Position numbers and translations under genes: made by a program. From the IMG/VR virus record IMGVR_UViG_3300025099_000013: a stretch of DNA of 64,000 nt. One strand, given 5' to 3'. The notes under the pieces were generated by a model. The model was not told the origin of the DNA, ran no database searches, and was given only the letters and a program-made list of their open reading frames with translations. The DNA is from an uncultured virus (IMG/VR IMGVR_UViG_3300025099_000013) (taxonomy: Duplodnaviria > Heunggongvirae > Uroviricota > Caudoviricetes). Position 1 is the first letter of the stretch, and the number at the start of each line of letters is the position of its first letter. This document shows, piece after piece, positions 21,801-29,697 of this stretch.

Positions 21801-22554
21801 TGACAAGAAGGGTGATACTAACTCAAAAAGAGTTAAGGGTATTGAAGGAATAGGTAATTCTAATAAGATAGAAAGCGGTAGTGCTATGATAACTTCCGAA
21901 GGCTTTACACTACCCGGAGTGAGCCACATAGCAGAAACAGGGGTTGTTGATAAATCAGATTATCACGAAGGCTCTGTTACTGTAACAGTACCTATTGATA
22001 GTATAGACGATAGAATAATGGTACAGTTATATGTATTAGCACCCAAAACAGGTGGTGGTGAAACGTACTCTATAAATTGTCTTGTTGAGTGTATAGATAG
22101 TGGTCACGTAAGCGAAAAGATTCTTAATATTAAATCTTCTGATGAAACACAAAGACTTATGGTATTCAACGGTGATAAATTATTAGGGGCTAATATTGCA
22201 GGTAATAAAATTAAAATTACTGTTGGAAGAGTTCCCGGAGGTTCATTACTTACTGTAAAGGATGGGAAAGATAGTTCTCCATTTGGTTCATTATTAATAA
22301 AAGGTGTTAATGTAATATTTAATACTAGAGAAAGAGCATCAATAGGTAATTTATCTTCTAAGAGCAAATTAACAACAGGGGATAATACAAAAGGATTCTT
22401 AAGTGGAACAAAAGATTCTATTAATACAAAAACTTCTAGCGGCACATACGATTCTAGCGGTAATATTATTTACAAATCAGACGGTAGGGCATCAAGTGAT
22501 AAATTAAGAAAAACTTCGGGTGATGCTGATAGTTATTCTGAGGATGGAGCGTGA
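12853..22554 (+). CDS. Giant (3233-aa) tail-tip/baseplate-hub and receptor-binding protein
   Basis: The only gene after the tape measure. Has hub-like segments (WYGYLDSV...IELTAYDAL; QITNVRVVY) and a LamG-like segment (WADIDVVLDF...YKVYLDG). Confidence 0.7.
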   Translation: MTRFLMQYDSQTPLVSDNTNPFPSDYELWLTGYWEDFTSSFCEPEASSNKMEHEKTHFGNPMNSESRLNPYYRFSYIDRVATYWTKNYTLSDSSVFTANRSSGMVTNDMNLLHNEGIHEFLTIDLTRLGKGRAYSSIINNEYLDSHAHSNRYKYAGDGTTESYIKANASHNGTGSYWIGSGQTDASFGRADKKQYVFHKDAGVPSLSITVSNDKVSAIAYKLDSSNETSVSDVDKNHIQFTSSVVTCGVFSTENGLSTLLSASTWDAEDTNANVLGAEIKSPSRTPFLAIRHTKPASLILQGATTANGSSVSDDQGDGVWFYGGHTRGLHPATVGNQSKHLRVGDIVQVGADKHCVIQEIDHKKNAITKLFSITNNALVDIDKYKPTHASYIGSPAAPTAVPLRKWFEPVIGYDGDLNCFGDGDTFHLRLCPLSMDNKGLPDTTRASHYAIRVGYDRSRIDWTSRGNRYNHIGSDYNPSQSISAIEFELQLGTINDAADTLEHGMNVVRSQTFPNAIKDNHKEAFIDYDATSTVSTPNYSNEWEHWADIDVVLDFTNQRYKVYLDGYEGGTFSFETKPSGGAWVASDFYGWHIDHGVTQTTFSSSQTNSFQGGKYWGFESEKTRTYYHLIDRVGLIHEITHPVGDSPNGISSLSDLSIDKLNMSLEIDASSLLRVNIIDDDNERKVQDILTSTPSEWSVALFRNDIDSVSWYGYLDSVRIKQDARSRTKEIELTAYDALSKIESLIPHWEVGQNEDFGPSTDYVYRRQEAEMVTENLFLGARRLMRGASSIGMDHQTRSLHPFDSDDEIGAVQGRYGARYDQRTRLFSSNPIQMYLGEDKFMPSASKDFFNKAQTAKTSSNAIWKQWNTSKIIGFSDGSYHDPSYIIAHCIEHNLEVDDTFKIYNEGSLNKDDSSSTGLNPFTRKTTSEDGMTIIVKKIIDDNHFAFTYSEGNIFGFGSTNTDGWIESGSDTYPVRAEPPSWWSIIRRPRNVGGLGEGDKQYYTSAESNSGAWGCPMFSEIKHDGVNVSIANDYLTAIKLDDADGLRKFDPTLSVSWSGYFSESMSTAGLSTTDNIHACAVDYMTAMSFVNEQTINDNFADIKIGLADAGGYTQTWKPAGLVPLEAKTMKQIHDPHGLITVGPRSCFTESQGASDTPLEYLNYNTSKERGQTLTVIDAYTRYFRTHNTSGGATHGGEVMTFQGTEDSFLTMMIRGNDIDQIEPNNLPTIASSDNKTSSGYGKEFSQAGVFTVTNKTTDSSGDIFSGTNTAVASTQHNHMKHVTTAASVTSGNVVTWTIGAAALKSFPNTGWIRAYNTVSGNRWSMYKITGRGTDTLITKAATSLGIGYMRGQHGTSNILGTPTTAGGQYLEPCVYPVISTAQAIFTPPLARQARRKYRAAHASYMHDIASSMWFRMVFGIIEQRAWGTDGPPHFSTARFPNRKAVITSSGNVSMYGDVGLTPNGGLVGGHDRRDHQAAAPEIAEHQYSDYFVLTADFDPSTDSAMTFKPYCSVPMLDENFEDERNKDITLQDQLNYDYGTDPTMSIPSRAWVTTGNKGTLNNGGLIFELDNIDGTLDVGAARSARMTSFAANRAGSPISNPTWNHYEITKVVQGEILNTGGPNSDNLPYPNVGKYANLTGGLWLKQSNHPAWLQAGNVRNGEIYQKATNERSNRDNIHSGNPRACGYTASGDSYTTGGQTRSGPWFDNEKWAGLQAGDVIFVGNTQGAVQQPPSGTTMQFNNTSKKIVIDNESYVKENTDKFNMRDLYSYRWYKVLVVTGYWILVYPAEVAEQQIRLGFKADDIDRDTDKLKTDNPLAVTYSGTPTSGSIRRGLTNLIYPHAHPVGKMTVEEDIHHKWRHSGSRWYHYNVGVTATGDIPGSVRGSRGVTSTATSGWHNQLQRANVAVAGENQFKNNILNYDGHTNSSLAYNQYPLDTQGGNICKVYAGDITISGVKHLTKPHTAGTVGRFRRIKNDFKHIWLNWADMRNDGSADADGGYRQDSWGLLYPTEDNYDVTILSSDSQEELISLKIGADIDLWELGKTDPFTSAVWSDNYTNTITGDIVSHLHNWESKAGAPIAVDSSKFFNLNTYANNGKIGDTSGGLKDIGETMLESAGEPALMDSYWWEAPPHPYNAKYRIQYEPNWRFFINYQTKMTLPTITDKPVLILDSSNYYKGNTFPDYSNYGVIEHKETDGDDVSYYTYKTGGSFVTDYDEISASDASRLYTHFGSRKVDIVNDETFGVSFENTIIGNNSIPELNKDNEHSVYSNWSSLYGLFALMTVDGFVETAGNNTKWEHDKMRLLWQMSRTKTWLKGNNMPFNYDINNVPITYRMDSTQLGGTTLDNYGDALDARGKTSLNIIQAASKQSGPGSAGNTTTFFYMVGKDNRFEFRPSYKQSTALTRSNFIKSNVTVEGTGQITNVRVVYNGGASFVDYPKPISGADNNLRWKTLQAWSISSPNQALVMAKSEYNKNKEKNYTVDATIIGTTGSHNPMTSGGRFGYISTPLIQSMPDGLHTYSTLFPHSNLGGAIIGGRQNAMDGNLDGIIYSGRTQSQGASNQTNTHGDAWDEIYIGSKRDWEYLEEGVGYHGSGSCNVYDMHDTNHTGQYAPYGVNCIEKALQIVHIPKNAPKVSTSTGNELRVFITHASNTANETHYRIWLIDAPFDAQRTINTTLAPSNIVYLDVKGNGFYEIAFPQSYGGDSTSRIIVSFNAEYCDDLLKYRSNNSISSKSNKGNRISAIPDVATSVLDLSHGNPVNEGSAFPLGLSLYYRPLGSEDSQGRQGPLWHLRPRALYYASRIEIVDDFVYRPARTITYTDANLNISSDNLMINRVVWNERPYNKCEVKLVLQKNESQSLLNPLLPAPKPIQDIGGQDGNEVGDEGGHGSDVDDDRKEGYGDYDASIITNRGIGKNHNVVSGYSSRHIKQSNIEGMPDQFTDSIGSLKTKSKISINRLSRGSLNSIRGKTDLDLKLGGKTGLLGFDKKGDTNSKRVKGIEGIGNSNKIESGSAMITSEGFTLPGVSHIAETGVVDKSDYHEGSVTVTVPIDSIDDRIMVQLYVLAPKTGGGETYSINCLVECIDSGHVSEKILNIKSSDETQRLMVFNGDKLLGANIAGNKIKITVGRVPGGSLLTVKDGKDSSPFGSLLIKGVNVIFNTRERASIGNLSSKSKLTTGDNTKGFLSGTKDSINTKTSSGTYDSSGNIIYKSDGRASSDKLRKTSGDADSYSEDGA

Positions 22555-23066
22555 TTCAAAACGACTTTTTGAGTATATGCTTCAATAATCCATGCAACAT
22601 AATCTTCTAGCGTTTCAACTTCAAAAAAATGTGTAGCGGGAAATCGAAAAAGAAAGGTCTTTTTGAATGCCGCTATCCTACTCTTCATTCTCGCTTTTTG
22701 TATCACAGCGTTTTGTTTTCCTCCTTTTTTTCCTTTGGCAAAGAATGGTTTGAGGTCTTTAGTCTCCCCATATACTACCAGATATGGTGTCATTGTATTA
22801 TCAGCAGCATACTCATTCATATCCCTTAACTGAGCCGCTATGGTTCTAGACCGCCCCTGCCCTATTATTGATGCAGATAAGTCTTTGATTTCTTTAGCCT
22901 CTATAATCCAATCATCTATGATATAATCCCCTGTCTTAAGACGAGTAACATATACTTTACCATTTGGGTCTGTTTTAGCATCACCTAGAGACATAAATAA
23001 TTTATGGATTACTTTATCATTTTCTCTATCATCCACTATGAGATACCCACGAGGTAGTTCACGCAT
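22533..23066 (-). CDS. ERCC4/XPF-family nuclease (probable resolvase)
   Basis: IVDDRE, LKTGDY, IEAK..KDL..SI motifs. Confidence 0.85.
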   Translation of the reverse strand: MRELPRGYLIVDDRENDKVIHKLFMSLGDAKTDPNGKVYVTRLKTGDYIIDDWIIEAKEIKDLSASIIGQGRSRTIAAQLRDMNEYAADNTMTPYLVVYGETKDLKPFFAKGKKGGKQNAVIQKARMKSRIAAFKKTFLFRFPATHFFEVETLEDYVAWIIEAYTQKVVLNHAPSSE

Positions 23067-23100
23067 GACCAATCGACTTAGTCATTACTTATAAGCATTC

Positions 23101-23295
23101 TTAATTCAAGTATGTAGGATGACCTTCTGAGCACGAATCAACACTAAGAAAACATGAAATACATTTTCTTGACCCATGCACAGGCATAACCATATTAACC
23201 GACATACATCGAACACAAGGTTCTTTGTGCATAATACTTATAGGAGAACTGGACCTATAAAAACCTTTTTCAGTATTCACGCCTAGTTCCATCAT
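23101..23295 (-). CDS. Small Zn-ribbon protein (start uncertain)
   Basis: CVRC...CISC motifs; fills the primase-ERCC4 gap. Confidence 0.5.
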   Translation of the reverse strand: MMELGVNTEKGFYRSSSPISIMHKEPCVRCMSVNMVMPVHGSRKCISCFLSVDSCSEGHPTYLN

Positions 23296-24301
23296 CTCGC
23301 CAACACGGAGCCGCACAAAGGCCACGCTTGCAGAACCACGCACAAGACGTAGACCTTCCGTAAGACACAAGAGTATTTAGTGCTTTCCTTGTGACCTGTT
23401 CATTGTAGTCTTGCCACTCTAGTTTCTGAATAAATAAGACCGCTAAATCTATCATTTCCTGTTTCTGCTCATATGTTAAAGCAGTTGGTTCTGCGAAGTT
23501 TCTTAAGTGCTCAAATAAATGTTGTGCTAATGCGACCCGTATATGGTGTGGGGGATTTGATACTTCTATTTCTCGTTGCAGACATGGAATCATAGGAATA
23601 GCCTCTTGTGTTCCTTCTATGACCGTTACTTGTTGTTTATTCCAATCGCCCATCAACTCGACAGGGTTACTCGCAGCCCATTGTCTTATATCAAAACCAC
23701 CATCCTTTCTTTTTTCTCCCCAATACGGATGAAGATGTGCAACGGGTGATTCTTTCGGCCTATTTGCTATAAGAGTCGTCTGTGGAGTCGTCTTGAAAGT
23801 ATTTACATCCACCATTACCGCAAAACGCCCCCTTTTAGCGTTATATGTATGTGGGATTCTGCATAGTTTTCGAGGATAACCAACACCGTCTAGTGTTAAA
23901 AGACCATTAGCCATGAATCTTTGGTATCTATCAATAGTATGTCTCCATCTTCGTGAATCTACCGATATATCAAATAACTGATGAACATGAAATCCTCTTC
24001 CTGTCGCAACTAATCTTACATCACCCTCTAATCTGCATAGAAGCATAGCAACATCATCTTTGACTTGCTCTATTGTATAGTCATCGTTAGAATCAAAATC
24101 CCACCACGCTCTATCCATGATGGCTGTATTATCTTTATCATCCATGTTACCAAATGAGTATAGACTCGTGTATAAATCTGCCTTACCATTGAGTTTCCTC
24201 ACATACTCTTTGAAATTATATTCGCTAGTACATATCTTTCTTTTCAAACCTATTTCACGAGGAAATGTCAGTAGGTCCATCATATCCTTCAACTGCACCA
24301 C
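23270..24301 (-). CDS. Archaeo-eukaryotic primase, PriS catalytic domain fused to a PriL-like Fe-S domain
   Basis: FPRE, WDFD, TGRGFH, R(I)P motifs; C-terminal PC...HHIR...SC..C...C...C. True start may be ATG 24283. Confidence 0.85.
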   Translation of the reverse strand: MVQLKDMMDLLTFPREIGLKRKICTSEYNFKEYVRKLNGKADLYTSLYSFGNMDDKDNTAIMDRAWWDFDSNDDYTIEQVKDDVAMLLCRLEGDVRLVATGRGFHVHQLFDISVDSRRWRHTIDRYQRFMANGLLTLDGVGYPRKLCRIPHTYNAKRGRFAVMVDVNTFKTTPQTTLIANRPKESPVAHLHPYWGEKRKDGGFDIRQWAASNPVELMGDWNKQQVTVIEGTQEAIPMIPCLQREIEVSNPPHHIRVALAQHLFEHLRNFAEPTALTYEQKQEMIDLAVLFIQKLEWQDYNEQVTRKALNTLVSYGRSTSCAWFCKRGLCAAPCWRDDGTRREY

Positions 24302-24452
24302 ACCCTTGACAAGTCCTAATTCTATTCTTTGATAAACCTTTGCCTTCTTGCATGGCTACTGCGAATGTATGTGTTATATTCCACATTTTTAGTTTGCCGC
24401 ATTCTTCACACATTTCTATTGTCGTTAAGTTTTGTAAATCTTTTGTATTCAT
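24255..24452 (-). CDS. Small Zn-ribbon protein
   Basis: CEEC...CQGC; ATGA coupling to the upstream gene. Confidence 0.6.
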   Translation of the reverse strand: MNTKDLQNLTTIEMCEECGKLKMWNITHTFAVAMQEGKGLSKNRIRTCQGCGAVEGYDGPTDISS

Positions 24453-25333
24453 ACTATCACCGTTGGGTCTTGACCAGCACCATGTAACTCTTCATCACAT
24501 GATAAATAGAAATCACAATAGTTTGCACAGAAGTATTCGCTCCACTTAGGAGTCCAATCTTTCATCTTAAGAGTATTAACAATCCTAGCATAGTCTTTTT
24601 CAAAAGCAGTGTGGCTACGCTTACCTAGTTTCTCTATTACAGTTATCCCCTTAACATCTCCAACATAGACTTCTTTGTTTTTACTTTTTAGTAAAGTCTC
24701 TGCTGTTTTAGGGTTGGTGCAATCAGAGGATATTAGCATCATGTGAGTCACAGGACCATATTTTTCTTCATAGCCTAGTAGTCTAATCATTCTAGTATAG
24801 AAACATAATTCTCTTCGCACCCTGCTTAACTTAGCGGTACTAAGGTCACCTGTTTTCAATTCCATAATACAAAGACCACCATCGGGGTGTAGCATAAGAC
24901 CATCCCACATACCCGAAAGAACAACATCATATTCAGGGTCATACACCTCCTTCTTTACTTCTGCCTCAATCGGCAAGAAGAACTCGTTGCCCCATACTTC
25001 CAAGCGTTGTGTCTCCATAACTGCGATTTCGTCAAAGGTGTCATCATACTCTGTCGCTACGGGTAACTGGGCTCTTATAGTCTCTAGCCCCGTATGTTGT
25101 TCTTTAGTAGTATATAGATTCTCGACACCTTCATGCACTATTGTTCCTTTAATCATAAACTCGGTGGCGGGTATTCTTACATCGGGTAATGCTACCTTAT
25201 TCCACCAATACTTACGAGGACACTGCCTTGCCGACATAAAGGATGATTTGCTTATACGGAGTTTAACATCACCTATTACTTCATAGGGATTATATGATGA
25301 CTCCATATATTCACTCTTCTTCATTATTAGCAA
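24449..25333 (-). CDS. Cas4-like PD-(D/E)XK exonuclease (CRISPR-independent)
   Basis: CPRKYW, G..VH, G..D, ELKTG and C-terminal C...CDF...C, giving four Cys for an Fe-S cluster. Confidence 0.8.
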   Translation of the reverse strand: MLIMKKSEYMESSYNPYEVIGDVKLRISKSSFMSARQCPRKYWWNKVALPDVRIPATEFMIKGTIVHEGVENLYTTKEQHTGLETIRAQLPVATEYDDTFDEIAVMETQRLEVWGNEFFLPIEAEVKKEVYDPEYDVVLSGMWDGLMLHPDGGLCIMELKTGDLSTAKLSRVRRELCFYTRMIRLLGYEEKYGPVTHMMLISSDCTNPKTAETLLKSKNKEVYVGDVKGITVIEKLGKRSHTAFEKDYARIVNTLKMKDWTPKWSEYFCANYCDFYLSCDEELHGAGQDPTVIV

Positions 25334-25682
25334 AGGGATTTTCTATGTGGTTAAAACCATCCATACACTCTTTAACTTCTTCACCATTGTTGTTAATCCT
25401 GTTAGGGCAGACCGGCATAGCCTGTATTTCTTCAAACGCATGAGGATAAATGATATTCATACCACACCCACTACATTCTTCCTTAACTGCTAGACCTGCG
25501 TCTAATAGATGAAGATGTAAAAGTGTTGTCATATTCTCAGCGTGTTTGCTAAAGTCAATAAAAACACTCACTAATTGATTATGTTTTTCTTCAATCAAAT
25601 CCACTTTTTCTTTCATTTCTCTTAAGTCTTGTTGCATGACCTGTTTTACTGTCATTTTCTTCGGCGTTCTTTGTCCTTTCAT
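25311..25682 (-). CDS. Coiled-coil/Zn-finger hypothetical protein
   Basis: The ATG overlaps the PolB stop (TAATG); CSGC...CPN...C. Confidence 0.6.
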   Translation of the reverse strand: MKGQRTPKKMTVKQVMQQDLREMKEKVDLIEEKHNQLVSVFIDFSKHAENMTTLLHLHLLDAGLAVKEECSGCGMNIIYPHAFEEIQAMPVCPNRINNNGEEVKECMDGFNHIENPFANNEEE

Positions 25683-27883
25683 TATAACCACTCTACTGTT
25701 TTCCTTCCCTTCTTCGCATCGTATAGTGGAGACATATCCCAAGATGCTATTTCATAGAAAGGTTTAACTTTCTCTAAAATATATCTATCAGACATTATCT
25801 CGTACCCTATCCCGATGGTTGCTGGTAGTTCTTCCACCCTGTCAAAAGATATAAACCTTCCGTTATTATCTATCAGATTCCAAAAATATGAACCTTTTCT
25901 ATATTGTTTTCCTAAGTGTGTATTCGCCCATAATGCTCCTGCTGCCGAGCCACCTATTGTCTTATAGTCTTTTAGGTCTTTCTTTAATTTACCTTTCTGT
26001 TTTAGGTCATCAAGGGATATGCTACCATCTATCATATCATGTATAATATTACATACTTTCTCTGTAACACTTTCTTCACTTTTACCATCAAGCATAGAGT
26101 TTATAGTTGTATTCATAGCATCCTTCATTATCTGAGGCATCCTTGCTTGCTTAGATTCAATCCCCTTGATATAATAGTCGGGTTCGTGGTATTTACCATC
26201 AGTCCATACTACCTTACCTGCGTATCTATTCTTAGCCTTAAGAAGCATACGCTCACAATGCTTTTCATATTCAGTTTCTATCGGAGCCATTTCTTTGTTA
26301 ATCCACTCAACCATCTCCACACCCGCTTCGGGGGATTCAACACATACGAAAACAGAATCAGTATGACCATAAATTACATCACAACCCCATTCAATACATT
26401 TATCCCTAAGCGTAAAAAGAGTGTTTCTTGATTCCCTAGTAATGGCCGCCGCTACCGCAGGGTGATACATACCGAATCGGCTATCGCCACACACTCCATA
26501 CAGCGAAGCCACTAGGGACTTTGTTGCGAATTGAGCCGAATCCCATTTAGTCTTTTCGTCTTTGGTTGTCGAAGCCTTCATATTAGCCTTGTACTCATTT
26601 CTTAAATCTGTAAGTAGGTTCATAGCACGACCTAATGCACCTGTTGGTGCGTCTGTATCGAACACAGCATTCTTCTCATCAAGTAAAGTTTCCCAAGATA
26701 TATTATACTTAACGACATTACTATGGTACATGGCTCTAATATCCATGATGGCAACATTTTCATATAGCCCTGCTACCGGTTCTTGTATATCTGCACCTTG
26801 ATAATCTTCATAACCAAACTGAGCCCTTGAAGGCATCTTCCAGTCAATTTCTTTATCACGCATAAATAATACTGTTGCTAATCTAGTGACCCAAGGAGTT
26901 GTTGTAAAATCACACTGAACAATATGCTGTAAGTTGATATAGTGGTCGATACAATTCAACATCTTATCTAATTTAGGAAGTAATGCTACGTCTTGTATGT
27001 TATAGTCAATGTATAGACCGATGTCAGTATAGTATGTATCATGCCCGTCTGCTAGGTCCATCTTTTCTTCATCTTCAAGAACAAACTGCGATACATCTTT
27101 TAGGCTTTGACCAGGTAGTTGCCCGTTCTTTATTCGCCATAACTTACAGAATACAGTCATTAGGTCAATAGTAATTCTGCCTTTGATACATTGTGACCAA
27201 TCATCAAACTGATAACGAACAGAACCATGTGGACTCATTCTTTTACCTGCATTCCAACCATGCCTCTTACAAGCATCAAACAGGACTCGCATATCAGCAC
27301 CCATAAAGAACCAACCTGTCAATACATCTGGGTCTTTCTTCATCATCACATGGAAGAAATCATCGAGTAATTCCTTTTCGGTCTTGAATGCTTTAAGTGG
27401 GGGATTGAATGTTTTATCTCCTAACTTACTTACTAATGGTGGGTGAGTTTGACCGGGCGGTGATACAAACCACGTTAGATATTTCCCCATGTAATTATCA
27501 TAGACAGTCGCAACCGTTACTTCTTCCCTTTCATTCCACTCAAGGTCGACATACCATACACGATGCTTATAGAATGGGTACTCTTTACCATTATCCATAA
27601 GTACTCTATTAGTGAAGGGGATATTACATTCCCAAGTCTGTGAAAACTTATCCTTTAGTTGTGATACTTCATAAGGGTCGCTAAGTGTTATCTTAGTAAG
27701 TGATTCACCATAAAGACCACTAAAACCCTCTTCCTTTCTTATTGCTGAAACTAAATCTGCTTCTTCATCTCTAATAAAACCATAAGGGTAAATGTGGCTT
27801 ATTATATCTTGCTTTCGGTCAAGCGTTACTGGGTCACGATACCTAACTGCAACCCTTTTCCCGCCTAACTTATCCACTATCAT
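25682..27883 (-). CDS. polB: Family B DNA polymerase
   Basis: Exo I (VDLE), Exo III (YNIQD), motif A DIRAMYHS, motif B KSLVASLYG, motif C YGHTDS, KNRYAG. Confidence 0.95.
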   Translation of the reverse strand: MIVDKLGGKRVAVRYRDPVTLDRKQDIISHIYPYGFIRDEEADLVSAIRKEEGFSGLYGESLTKITLSDPYEVSQLKDKFSQTWECNIPFTNRVLMDNGKEYPFYKHRVWYVDLEWNEREEVTVATVYDNYMGKYLTWFVSPPGQTHPPLVSKLGDKTFNPPLKAFKTEKELLDDFFHVMMKKDPDVLTGWFFMGADMRVLFDACKRHGWNAGKRMSPHGSVRYQFDDWSQCIKGRITIDLMTVFCKLWRIKNGQLPGQSLKDVSQFVLEDEEKMDLADGHDTYYTDIGLYIDYNIQDVALLPKLDKMLNCIDHYINLQHIVQCDFTTTPWVTRLATVLFMRDKEIDWKMPSRAQFGYEDYQGADIQEPVAGLYENVAIMDIRAMYHSNVVKYNISWETLLDEKNAVFDTDAPTGALGRAMNLLTDLRNEYKANMKASTTKDEKTKWDSAQFATKSLVASLYGVCGDSRFGMYHPAVAAAITRESRNTLFTLRDKCIEWGCDVIYGHTDSVFVCVESPEAGVEMVEWINKEMAPIETEYEKHCERMLLKAKNRYAGKVVWTDGKYHEPDYYIKGIESKQARMPQIMKDAMNTTINSMLDGKSEESVTEKVCNIIHDMIDGSISLDDLKQKGKLKKDLKDYKTIGGSAAGALWANTHLGKQYRKGSYFWNLIDNNGRFISFDRVEELPATIGIGYEIMSDRYILEKVKPFYEIASWDMSPLYDAKKGRKTVEWL

Positions 27884-27905
27884 AGTGTTCCGTTATATCG
27901 CTTAG

Positions 27906-28397
27906 TTATAATACTTGCCATCCATCACGGCTTATAGTTAGTGGGTTATGTGGTTTGAAACAATTAAACCATTCCGCTATATCATCCATAACTTCTGCAC
28001 TAAATGGTCTAACAAACTCCCAATCATTATGTGCTATGACCCAAGGATTATCCTCTAAGTCTAAACAGAGTTCTTGGTCCTCCGCAAACCATATAACCTT
28101 CTTGCCGGTCATGTGTGCATACATAATCTCCATACAAGTACCTATGCTTAATTCTTTAGGAACATAATTGACTATAATAATATCACTTCGGTCTATCATT
28201 AATTTATCTCTAGGGACTATTAATTCTTTGAATGTCTCATCATAATGAACATCACCTGCTTTAGCACTAACCATAGGATTGAATACTGTAAATCCTTTTT
28301 CGGTCAATATATTATATGCTACTTCACGCCACCCTATTGAACGCCAACGCTCATCACCTTCGAGAATTGGTCCGCACAAATAGAATGATACACTCAT
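27906..28397 (-). CDS. Nucleoside 2-deoxyribosyltransferase / nucleotide N-hydrolase-like protein
   Basis: FYLCGPI, GFTVFNP, RD..IDRSD, SIGT.MEI.YA...GK.V; ATG 28397 is coupled to the upstream stop. Confidence 0.8.
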   Translation of the reverse strand: MSVSFYLCGPILEGDERWRSIGWREVAYNILTEKGFTVFNPMVSAKAGDVHYDETFKELIVPRDKLMIDRSDIIIVNYVPKELSIGTCMEIMYAHMTGKKVIWFAEDQELCLDLEDNPWVIAHNDWEFVRPFSAEVMDDIAEWFNCFKPHNPLTISRDGWQVL

Positions 28398-28693
28398 TCT
28401 TGTCTCCTTCCTCTTGGTCTGCTTTCGATACCATGCTTTACAATCCACTGGTTTATGGTCATAGGACTTACACCACATCTATTCCCAATCTGTTGAAGGG
28501 TTTGTCCTTTGTTGATATATTCTTCTCTTAACCATGATTCTTGTCTATATGGTTTAGAGGTATCTGCTGTACCTGTGCTTAGGAGATACCATACTCCATC
28601 TTTAACGAATCTTACATTCGCTTTACAGGGTATTATTTCTTGTATTCCATCTTGTTCTTCATCTATTACTATTGCATATTCTGTTTCTGTCAT
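28394..28693 (-). CDS. HTH DNA-binding protein
   Basis: YRQESWLREEY...TLQQIG..CGVS..TINQW..KHGIE.R, an HTH pattern common in archaeal tailed viruses. Confidence 0.75.
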   Translation of the reverse strand: MTETEYAIVIDEEQDGIQEIIPCKANVRFVKDGVWYLLSTGTADTSKPYRQESWLREEYINKGQTLQQIGNRCGVSPMTINQWIVKHGIESRPRGRRQE

Positions 28694-28761
28694 TTATTTT
28701 GGCTTCCCGCCTATGGGCTTTCTACTATTACGGAAGAGGCATGGGGTTATAAATCTTTGGA

Positions 28762-29697
28762 TTACAACCACTCTGTATAGTTTCTTTTTTCAAAGTAAGA
28801 GGCCTTCAATTCTTTCGTTATCTTTATACTAGGTACGGTTTTGTATATCTTATTTACGATAGCCGGTCTTAGTTTCTGCTTTGCTATCTTACTAGAAGCA
28901 CCTCTAACTGCTGCACCTCTATTTACATAAGCACTATCCAACCCTAATTTCTCTTCCCATGCCTTTGAAGCATAGTGGAGGAGAACAGGTGTCATATTCT
29001 TTATTAACTTATTATCGTAGTCTTTACAGGCCGTATCATATATTAGACCGTTGTCAGTCCTATGTGAAAGATGATACCCTATACATCTATCCCCTTCCAT
29101 AATGGTCAGAAGAAGTGCATCTTCTAATTGTGAATAAGCATTGAACGAGTCAATAAAGAAGTTAGGCTTCCATGCTTTTTTATCCCTTTGTCCTAACCAT
29201 CTGCCGGTCAAAGCATTACATGATTCAAGCGTTTTGTATGGTACGTTGCCCCAATGAACCTGTATATCTATTGTATCTGAGTCGTTAAGCGACTCAGCCT
29301 TGTTACATGGCCTTCTTAATTGGTTCTTGTTCACCCCGTATCTATCGCTGAATGCACTAAGTTTGTATATGTATTCTTCATTATCAAGCACACATTCTTG
29401 CATACCGGACTCATTTACTAGGCTAGGAATACCTGCATCGTTTAATTTATTCACCATATCATCACTTGATGGTAGGATAGCATACAATACTTGAGTACCC
29501 ATAATTTGTCTGTCTTTCAGAACGACTAATTCATCATCAATATATCCTAACTTGAATACATGAGGTTGGTGCATCAATCTAAGGGGAGATTCATAGTACC
29601 TAATTAACCTACCACAAGACATAGAAGAAAGTGCTTCACGAAACTCGGTATAGTTTTCTAATGTTAGTGGCTTAAACTCGCTTAAGTCTAAAGCCAT
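28762..29697 (-). CDS. Stand-alone DUF2156 / LPG-synthase-C-like (GNAT-fold, aminoacyl-tRNA transferase-like) protein
   Basis: FKPLTLE start; EYIY...G..K...R...NK; C......W; YVNR.......K.AK..L.P. These parallel the DYIY/KRN/YINREED..GLR.AK.SY.P pattern. No TM domain. Confidence 0.65.
   Translation of the reverse strand: MALDLSEFKPLTLENYTEFREALSSMSCGRLIRYYESPLRLMHQPHVFKLGYIDDELVVLKDRQIMGTQVLYAILPSSDDMVNKLNDAGIPSLVNESGMQECVLDNEEYIYKLSAFSDRYGVNKNQLRRPCNKAESLNDSDTIDIQVHWGNVPYKTLESCNALTGRWLGQRDKKAWKPNFFIDSFNAYSQLEDALLLTIMEGDRCIGYHLSHRTDNGLIYDTACKDYDNKLIKNMTPVLLHYASKAWEEKLGLDSAYVNRGAAVRGASSKIAKQKLRPAIVNKIYKTVPSIKITKELKASYFEKRNYTEWL

Noticed and set aside
24449..25333. Cas4-like gene as evidence for CRISPR-Cas
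   Set aside because: No cas1/cas2 or array is present; solo Cas4-like nucleases are common in archaeal viruses.
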